Assembly: GCF_006345805.1 (NCBI RefSeq)
Contig: NW_021829174.1
Location: 1-6,737 of the forward strand
Length of the DNA: 6,737 nt
Source: Octopus sinensis
Lineage: Eukaryota
Reading direction: 5' to 3'
Part shown: positions 1 through 6,034 of the stretch, piece after piece
Numbering within the stretch: position 1 is the stretch's first letter
How the letters are laid out: each line of letters begins with the position of its first letter
The notes under the pieces: model-generated
What the model saw: only the letters and a program-made list of their open reading frames with translations
Database searches by the model: none
What the model was told of the DNA's origin: nothing
Position numbers and translations under genes: made by a program

Positions 1-60
1 GGTTGGATTTAGTTTCGCTTCCACAGAGCAACAATTTAGGATTACTACATTACTATTAAT

Positions 61-347
61 GGAGGCACATGGCCTAGTGGTTAGAGAAGCGGACTCGCGG
101 GTTCGAATCTCAGACCGGGCGATGTGTGTGTTTATGAGCGAAACACCTAAGTTCTACGCGGCTCCGACTGAAGGTAATGGTAAACCTTTGTTGATTCTTT
201 CGCCACTAGTTTCTCTCATTCTTTCTTCCTGTATCTTACAGCTCACCTGCGACGGTCCGGCGTCCCGTCCAGGTGGGGAACCTATACGCCAAAGAAACAG
301 GGAAACCGGCCCTAATGAGCCAGGCATGGCTCGAGAAGAAACAAACA
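61..347 (+). mobile_element. Full-length tRNA-derived SINE with a V-domain-like core and (AAC)n tail
   Basis: Pol III A box TGGCCTAGTGG at 70-80 and B box GGTTCGAATC at 100-109. The core CCTGCGACGGTCCGGCGTCCCGTCCAGGTGGGG (246-278) resembles the V-SINE-type conserved domain as I recall it. The tail is AAACAAACAAC. Flanking direct repeats ACATTACTATTAA (47-59) and ACATTGCTATTAA (348-360) match 12/13 and look like a TSD. Confidence 0.85.
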
Positions 348-489
348 ACATTGCTATTAACTATAAGATTGACTTAGATTCATGAAGGAGCTGACAAACT
401 TGGTAATGTTTGTTGTACTACATCGACCGATTCTAATGAATTGAGATTACCCATGTTCTAAACAGAACAATCGTTTTCTCAATTACTAT

Positions 490-900
490 GATCCAGGGGC
501 TGTAAGGTAAGGTGCTGGCAACATGACAAGGTTGTTCTTAAAGTGCACTGGAAACTTAGCAAGAAATAGGATCGTTTGTGAACAGATAAGTGGTATGACC
601 ACATTCCATAGGCATTGGCTGAGAATGAGCGAGTGAAGCTCACGTGGGACATGATCACCTTTAAAGACTGTGGAGAATAATCGCCCAGATATCACAATGG
701 TGAAGAACGATACACATGAATGGACACACATGATAGACGTCGTTGTTACTTCTAATCAGAATGTTGAAATCTTTGAGAGAGTGAAAGTAGAGAAATACCA
801 GGATTTGGTGAGGCAGGTACACGAGATACATGAAGTAACATTAAAAATTTACCCTTTTGATATTGATGCACTCGGAACAGTTTTAAACAATCTAGATGCA
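490..900 (+). pseudogene. Decayed C-terminal fragment (RLE endonuclease region) of a non-LTR retrotransposon ORF, R2-superfamily (R4/Dong- or NeSL-like)
   Basis: Frame 3 from 501 reads KVRCWQHDKVVLKVHWKLSKK*DRL*TDKWYDHIP*ALAENERVKLTWDM. After a frameshift, frame 1 (ORF 670-927) reads NNRPDITMVKNDTHEWTHMIDVVVTSNQNVEIFERVKVEKYQDL...IDALGTV. This matches the RHD...HW...KWY.H.P...LWD...NRPD...ID...KxxKY...GALG pattern of RLE LINEs. Three stops and a frameshift show it is dead. Confidence 0.85.
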
Positions 901-942
901 ATGCCAGATACATCACTCTTTTTTTAACTCTGTTTGTTTCAG

Positions 943-1044
943 TCAGACTACAGCATACACGTGATCAGCAAAACAAACTTCACAACTTGCGAAGTAAACA
1001 CAGCGATGTCACTCAGTACATTGCCTTGTGAAAATGCCTGGTAG
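943..1044 (+). other. Possible exon following a strong 3' splice site (unverified)
   Basis: CTCTTTTTTTAACTCTGTTTGTTTCAG ends at 942, giving a pyrimidine tract, a TTAAC branch-like motif and CAG. Two frames are open: xRLQHTRDQQNKLHNLRSKHSDVTQYIAL* (stop 1029-1031) and SDYSIHVISKTNFTTCEVNTAMSLSTLPCENAW* (stop 1042-1044). I recognise no homolog. Confidence 0.3.
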
Positions 1045-1164
1045 CTCTCACTGTGCAAGCAACCGTGTGCTGTCATGTGTTGGCGGCCTACAGTACTAGT
1101 CCAAGGACGTTTTGATATCACCTCGTATATCATGTGAAATTATTATGCTTACATTTATGCATTC

Positions 1165-1268
1165 ATACGCACACACACTCACGCACATATATGTGTGTGT
1201 GTATATGCGCATGTGCGTGTGTGCGTGAATATCTGAATATATAGATAAATATACACGCACACACATAA
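1165..1268. repeat. Degenerate (CA)n/(TG)n/(TA)n alternating purine-pyrimidine tract
   Basis: Seen directly; it contains the palindrome CACATATATGTG. Confidence 0.85.
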
Positions 1269-1412
1269 ACGACAGACTTCAGCACAGTCTTCGTCTACCT
1301 AATTCATTCAAAATTCTACTATAGCCTAGGGCTACAGTAGAAGACAATTACCCAAGTTACCGCGTATTCGGACTGATCCTGAAGTCACGTGGTTGGAAAA
1401 TGAGCTTTTTGT
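1266..1412 (-). mobile_element. Diverged 5' part of a second tRNA-derived SINE family
   Basis: The reverse complement reads ...CCAACCACGTGACTTCAGGATCAGTCCGAATACGCGGTAACTTGGGTAATTGTCTTCTACTGTAGCC...GAATGAATTAGGTAGACGAAGACTG...GAAGTCTGTCG. This resembles a common octopus SINE as I recall it (...CCCAACCACATGGTTCCGGGTTCAGTCCCACTGCGTGGCACCTTGGGCAAGTGTCTTCTACTATAGCC...GAGTGGATTTGGTAGACGGAAACTG). It has a B-box-like GGATCAGTCC. Confidence 0.7.
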
Positions 1413-1446
1413 CCTGTCTGTCGTGCTTGCGACTCTTCTCACACTT

Positions 1447-1720
1447 CATACATACATACATACATACATACATACATACATACATACATACATACATACA
1501 TGCATGCATGTATGCATTGATACATACATACATACATGCATGTATACATATATACATGCATGCATACATACATACATACATACATACATACATACATACA
1601 TACATAGATACATACACACATATATACATACATACATACACACATATATACATACTAACATACATACATACATACATACATACATACATACACACATACA
1701 TACATACATGCATTCATACA
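1447..1720 (+). repeat. (TACA)n tetranucleotide microsatellite, imperfect
   Basis: About 270 bp of CATA/TACA units with TGCA, TATA and CACA variants. Confidence 0.98.
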
Positions 1721-1745
1721 TGTAACGTACTGCCTAAATACCAAT

Positions 1746-2145
1746 ATATAATGATTTGGGATAGAGAAGAGAAACTGCACAGTTGTGGAAATTAGCTGCC
1801 CAGCGGGTATTAATATAAAGATGAAGATCAAAGAAAAGAGAGCGCATATGCTGAACTATTGAGACATTTGCAGTTACTCTATCCAGATTACAAGTTCAGA
1901 TTTATACCTTGCAATCATTGTGGCCCTGGGATATGTAACACACTGCCTAAATACCAATCTTGAGAAATTAGGCTTCTTAAAACAAGAAAGGAGAAAGCTA
2001 ATTCAAGGACTACATATCCAGTCCATCACTGGAACTGTAAGAATCTGTAAGACTTTCCAGAAATTTATCATTCAAATATGTATGAGCATGTCTAGATATG
2101 TAACTACATGCATGAGAATACATACTTAAGACATAAAAATCTGCA
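1746..2145 (+). mobile_element. 5'-truncated RLE-type non-LTR retrotransposon (R4/Dong-like): ORF C-terminus plus proximal 3' UTR
   Basis: Joining across about 3 frameshifts gives IMIWDREEKL/TVVEISCPAGINIKMKIKEK/ESAYAELLRHLQLLYPDYKFRFIP/IIVALGYVTHCLNTNLEKLGFLKQERRKLIQGLHIQSITGTVRICKTFQKFII. This is the second half of a PD-(D/E)xK RLE domain with the typical (G)ALG and terminal helix. Its sequence is distinct from the 490-900 element. Confidence 0.88.
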
Positions 2146-2270
2146 CATACATATATACCTACCTACCTACCTACCTACCTACCTACCTACCTACCTACAT
2201 ACATACATACATACATACATACATACATACATACATAATACATACATACATACAGACGTACATACACACA
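2146..2270 (+). repeat. Compound microsatellite (TACC)10 followed by (TACA)n
   Basis: TACC x10 at 2156-2195 switches in register to TACA from 2196. Confidence 0.97.
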
Positions 2271-2272
2271 AT

Positions 2273-2375
2273 AATACCCTGTTGTTGATGTTGAAATTCC
2301 AATGAAGGATTCTTGAATCTATGTTAGAAACCGGTTCTTTATTGGTAAGAAATCTTGAAATAAACTGAATAATGT
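2273..2375 (+). mobile_element. ~105-bp microsatellite-associated unit, copy 1 (probable distal 3' end of the RLE LINE)
   Basis: AATACCCTGTTGTTG...GAAATTCC...TTAGAAACCGG...TATTGG.AAGA.ATCTTGAAATAAA.CTGAA.AATG. AATAAA is at 2359-2364 and (CATA)n follows. Confidence 0.7.
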
Positions 2376-2406
2376 CATACATACATGCATACATACATAC
2401 ATACAA

Positions 2407-2516
2407 AATACCCTGTTGTTGCAGCTGAAATTCCGGAGCATTGGATCAAGATTAGAAACCGGCACTTTCGCACTTTCTCTATTGGCAAGAGATCTTGAAA
2501 TAAAACTGAACAATGA
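2407..2516 (+). mobile_element. ~110-bp microsatellite-associated unit, copy 2
   Basis: Aligns to 2273-2375 with substitutions, a ~6-nt deletion and an 8-nt tandem duplication GCACTTTC (2462-2477). AATAAA is at 2499-2504. It is separated from copy 1 by (CATA)n at 2376-2404. Confidence 0.75.
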
Positions 2517-2621
2517 CATATATACATACGTGCGTGTCTGTGTGTGTGTGTTAATGCACATACACATATATCTACTCATATAAACAAACGTCTCTATTGG
2601 TAATATAATATTGAAAACCAA

Positions 2622-2835
2622 GGGCGCGATCTGTCGGAATCCTTGGCATGCCGAAATAAATGCTTAGCGGCATTTTATCCGTCTTATTTCAAATTACGCC
2701 AAGTTCGACTTTACCTTTCATACCTTCTTGATCGAAAAAGTAAGTACCATCTAAGCACTGGTTGGATTAGGGGTTCGATGTAATTGACTGACCACCTCTC
2801 ATGACATTGCTGGCCTTGTGTTAAATTTTGAAACC
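2622..2835 (+). mobile_element. Diverged SINE, third family (GGCGGCGAGCTGGC-headed), copy A
   Basis: Shares AAATGCTTAGCGG, TTCAAATT, TCGACTTT.CCTTTCAT, AAGTACC, TCGATGTAAT.GACT and GGCCTTGTG with the copies at 2856-3073 and 6274-6668. Confidence 0.8.
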
Positions 2836-2855
2836 GGTGTTTACTTGAAAATCAA

Positions 2856-3073
2856 GGCGGTGAGGTGGCTGAGTTGTTTGCACGTCGGGTAAAATGCTTA
2901 ATAACATTTCATCCGTTTTTATATTCTGAGGTAACATTCCATGAAGGTCGACTTTGCCTTTCATCCTTTCGGGGGTCGATTAAATATGAATCAGTTGGGC
3001 ACCGGGGGGTCAATGTAATCGACTTACCTTCTGCCCCGGAAACTGATGGCCTTGTGCCAAAATTTGAAATCAA
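2856..3073 (+). mobile_element. SINE, third family, copy B (head-to-tail with copy A)
   Basis: GGCGGTGAGGTGGC...AAATGCTTA...GGTCGACTTTGCCTTTCATCCTTTCGGGGGTCGAT...GTAATCGACTTACC...GGCCTTGTGCCAAAATTTGAAATCAA, clearly homologous to 6274-6668. Confidence 0.88.
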
Positions 3074-3656
3074 TTTTATATCGAAAACTGTAACCTAAAC
3101 CTATCCATTTCTACTCTAAACAAACCCGTCTCTGAACAGAAATTTAAATAAATTAGTATGACTTTAGATTAGTTATTAGAATCATTGAATTAGAAAATTA
3201 TTATGCTTTATTTATTCATTTATTCATTTGAAACCCAAACAACTATACAAGCAAAAAACCCACCCCGGACTAAATTAGATATATACACAAACACTCAAAA
3301 AAAAAACAGGCACATATATACATACATACCAATCGAAGGCTTATCGCTTGGTTGACTGGAGTAGTAATTAAGTATTAATTTTCGGAATTTTCATTAACTG
3401 AAATCTCCCGGCTCGAATGTTAATGTCGTAACGGTGGAAAGAAGTAAATGGAAAAAACACTTGGATATCGGCTCATTTGGTAATTCTTCGTTTGTTTGTT
3501 TGTTTATTTTAGTTTTACTCTTACCTTGTGTTTAGGTTAGTTTCGGCTGAAATATAACTAATACACAGGCATGTACACTTACATAAAAGTGTACGTGTAT
3601 ATATGTATAAACCTAGGTATATGTATATACGTACAAGTGCATGCCCACGCACAAGC

Positions 3657-3673
3657 ATATATATATATATATA

Positions 3674-3724
<51 letters not shown>

Positions 3725-3749
3725 ATGTATATATATATATATAATATAT

Positions 3750-3797
<48 letters not shown>

Positions 3798-3802
3798 TAT
3801 AT
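3657..3802. repeat. Long interrupted (TA)n microsatellite
   Basis: Seen directly. Confidence 0.98.
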
Positions 3803-3885
3803 AATTTGAACTCAGAACGTAAACAACAGACGAATACCGCAAAGCATTTCGCCCGGAGCGCTAACGTTTCTGTCAGCTCGTCGCC
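3803..3885 (-). mobile_element. 5' head only of a third-family SINE
   Basis: The reverse complement GGCGACGAGCTGACAGAAACGTTAGCGCTCCGGGCGAAATGCTTTGCGGTATTCGTCTGTTGTTTACGTTCTGAGTTCAAATT aligns closely to 6274-6355. Confidence 0.9.
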
Positions 3886-3888
3886 TTT

Positions 3889-3890
<2 letters not shown>

Positions 3891-3922
<32 letters not shown>
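3891..3922. repeat. (AT)16 microsatellite
   Basis: Perfect 32-nt run. Confidence 0.98.
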
Positions 3923-3925
<3 letters not shown>

Positions 3926-4202
3926 ATGTAATGTATTCGCAACCACGCCTCTAATCATTCGAACTAACTCCTCGGGGTTTATCCTAATTCGTCTCAGCGG
4001 TGTATATATTATTGCATACACATATTCATGGAGGTATACTTTTATACGGAAATATATACGCGCGCACGTATATGCAACATATATGTATCTCTGCGTGTGC
4101 ATGCGTCTGTGTGCGTGTCTTGCACACACATATTCAGTAATTACAGAAATTATTGCTCCACAGTGCTTCGTAGGTTCTTGCGATGTATAATCAGTGTATG
4201 CG

Positions 4203-4286
<84 letters not shown>

Positions 4287-4308
4287 GCTTCTATCTATCT
4301 ATCTCCCC

Positions 4309-4341
<33 letters not shown>

Positions 4342-4386
4342 TTCTCTCTCTCTCTCGTCCGATATATATATATATATATATATATA
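4203..4386 (+). repeat. Compound microsatellite (TCTA)21, (TC)n, (AT)n
   Basis: Perfect TCTA x21 at 4203-4286, TC run at 4313-4356 and AT run at 4362-4386. Confidence 0.98.
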
Positions 4387-4489
4387 GTCCCTGTTTTTGT
4401 ATTTTGTGTAACATTCTCAGCTTTTTTTTCGTCCTAGTTTTCGTATACATTCGCTGCTTTCTTCCAAGGAATCTAATCTAATCTCTTAG

Positions 4490-4609
4490 CTTGGTTTTTC
4501 CTTGGGGATGGCCAGATTGGAGCAATTTTTCACACAATTGCCACTACTGGTATCATCACTACTAACATCACAACCACCAACTGGAATGTCAACACTGATG
4601 AGTGTGACA
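4490..4609 (+). CDS. Candidate internal coding exon (120 nt, phase 1-1) of an extracellular, possibly cadherin-repeat-like, protein
   Basis: Acceptor CTAATCTAATCTCTTAG| (AG 4488-4489, CTAAT branch-like motifs) and donor GACA|GTAAGG (GT 4610-4611). The length is divisible by 3 and the frame is open: xWFFLGDGQIGAIFHTIATTGIITTNITTTNWNVNTDECDx. An in-frame TAA at 4474-4476 lies just upstream of the acceptor. It is an island of complex sequence between microsatellites. The product call is inference only. Confidence 0.6.
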
Positions 4610-4624
4610 GTAAGGTTAAAACCG

Positions 4625-4745
4625 CTCTCTCTCTCTCACACACACACACGCACACACATTCATAAGATTTAGAACTACATGTGTGTGTGTATGTGTGTGT
4701 GTGCGTGTGTGCGCGTGTGTGTGCGTGTGTTTGCATGTATGTATA
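4625..4745. repeat. (CT)n(CA)n, spacer, (TG)n microsatellite cluster
   Basis: Seen directly. Confidence 0.95.
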
Positions 4746-4769
4746 TTCATGAATATATATAAATATATC

Positions 4770-4792
4770 GAGAGAGAGAGAGTGAAAGAGAA

Positions 4793-4824
<32 letters not shown>

Positions 4825-4879
4825 TGAAAGAGAGAAAGAGAAAGAGAGAGATAGAGAATGAAAGAGAGAGAGAGAGAGT

Positions 4880-4911
<32 letters not shown>

Positions 4912-4927
4912 GATAGAGAGAGAGAGA
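4770..4927 (+). repeat. Purine-rich (GA)n/(GAAA) tract with ~50-bp higher-order repetition
   Basis: Recurrent blocks GAGAGTGAAAGAG...AAAGAG...AGAGAATGAAA. Confidence 0.92.
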
Positions 4928-5109
4928 TACAGTTAGATAGAAAGGTAAAAAGCGAAAGAGGGGAAAAATTTAACGCACTTTAACAAGCTGACAGCAAAGG
5001 CGTCTAACTATATACAAAGTAAATGGGCGGCGCTGGTCCAACCTATGTAATGTGAGGGGTGGAATTAAACACCGAAAATTGTACGTGATCTAACACACAT
5101 AAATATGAC

Positions 5110-5180
5110 TCAGGACTGAAATGTCTGTATGGTTTTGCATGTCGCTAAAAAGAGCAGCCAAATCTCCTTAAAATTTTCAC
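5110..5180 (+). repeat. Possible fragment of another dispersed repeat
   Basis: GCTAAAAAGAGCAGCCAAATCTCC resembles a motif I recall from an octopus interspersed repeat. There is no second copy in this window. Confidence 0.3.
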
Positions 5181-5603
5181 TCTCAAGTGCGTAATTGATA
5201 ATTTAGACTGGCGTAGGAAAAATGTGCCGCCCAGTCCCCTAAAAGCCTATACAGCATTATGCAGTCGATCCCAAGTGCCGCTCCAATGAACGCGTCGCCT
5301 GGACTGGACTTTCACACTCGCTCTTCTTTCGCCTTACCTAGGTACGCTACTGATAATCTAGCCTTTGAAGTATAGTGTCTGCGATTGTCCAAGGGCTAAA
5401 TAATAATAACACAATCATTCTCTGAACGAAAAATATATTCACTGCGCATTAATTCCATAGTCACACATGCAATACGAACATATGTTGCATGTATTCGTAT
5501 TGCATGTAGAATCAACAAGGCGGCGATCCACAATTTTGAATCAATTTATTGTAATATTCAACATAAACGATGGTTTTGTTAGGTTCTGATACTGGCGCAT
5601 GTC

Positions 5604-5690
5604 GAGGTCGATTTTTTGCCTTTGATCTTGACGAGATCGATTTTGCCTTTAATCTTGATGAGTTCGATAAAATAAAATTAGAAAGTACTG
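5604..5690 (+). mobile_element. Internal fragment of a third-family SINE with a local tandem duplication
   Basis: GAGGTCGATTTTTTGCCTTTGATCTTGAC (5604-5632) and GAGATCGATTTTGCCTTTAATCTTGAT (5633-5659), then GAGTTCGATAAAATAA...AGTAC. Compare GAGGTCAACTTTGCCTTTCATCC...GTCGATTAATAAGTAC at 6361-6405. Confidence 0.7.
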
Positions 5691-5734
5691 ATAAAAATAT
5701 TAAACTAAATATCAATTTAACCCAGACACATTAT

Positions 5735-6034
5735 CTGTACTTCGATTGCTAAATTGATTTCTTTAGTGAAAGCAGTAGTTGTAAGAATATTGCATGCCAG
5801 GAAATAGACTTTGGCTTATTCCATGCCACAACTGCAATTGTCTTGAAGCATAACGAGATCCATAAAATAAAGTTAGGAAGTACAAATGTAATCATCAAAA
5901 TAGATATAAGCTTACTTCAGGCGGAAAAGCTGTGCTTCGATTGCTAGATTGATTTCTTCAGCGAAAGAAGTTTGTGTGCATATCACATTCTTGTAAATAG
6001 TCTTTGGGCTATTGTACCCCACAAGCAGTATGGC
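5735..6034. repeat. Diverged direct duplication with ~193-195-bp period
   Basis: 5735-5772 vs 5930-5967 match 34/38. Homology continues as AAATAGACTTTGGCTTATTCCATGCCACAA (from 5802) vs AAATAGTCTTTGGGCTATTGTACCCCACAA (from 5995). Confidence 0.85.

Noticed and set aside
61-120. Possible tRNA gene
   Set aside because: A and B boxes are present, but the anticodon arm is missing and the sequence continues into a SINE body with a TSD.
59-385. 108-aa + ORF and 65-aa - ORF
   Set aside because: They coincide with the SINE and are explained by its higher GC content.
1357-1795. Overlapping ORFs rich in MYVC/HTYI
   Set aside because: They are translations of (TACA)n, which lacks stops in several frames. 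Only the last ~15 codons of 1400-1795 are LINE-derived.
2273-2516. CRISPR-like repeat-spacer arrangement
   Set aside because: There are only two long diverged units separated by a microsatellite, in a eukaryotic context with no cas genes.
2591-2616. Possible third fragment of the 110-bp unit (TCTCTATTGGTAA...TTGAAA)
   Set aside because: The match is too short and AT-rich to distinguish from chance.
2108-2621. ORFs 2108-2305, 2191-2406 and 2319-2621
   Set aside because: They are read-through of microsatellites and the 110-bp repeat units, with no protein motif.
2865-3098. 77-aa ORF
   Set aside because: It lies within SINE copy B.
3570-3645. Small inverted repeats (CATGTACACTT / AAGTGTACGTG)
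   Set aside because: They are imperfect and lie in alternating purine-pyrimidine low-complexity DNA, where such matches are expected.
3579-4481. YI-, YLSI- and SL-repeat ORFs
   Set aside because: These are artefacts of (AT)n, (TCTA)n and (TC)n.
4636-4735. (CA)n and (TG)n arms able to fold back
   Set aside because: This is a trivial consequence of opposite-orientation dinucleotide repeats, with no specific sequence complementarity.
4530-4736. Minus-strand ORF with a TM-like hydrophobic end (LVVVMLVVMIPVVAIV)
   Set aside because: It is the antisense shadow of the ACN/ATC-rich + strand exon candidate, it starts in a microsatellite, and it lacks good - strand splice sites.
5512-5752. ORFs 5570-5752 (+) and 5512-5715 (-)
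   Set aside because: The apparent peptide repeat derives from a duplicated SINE core fragment.
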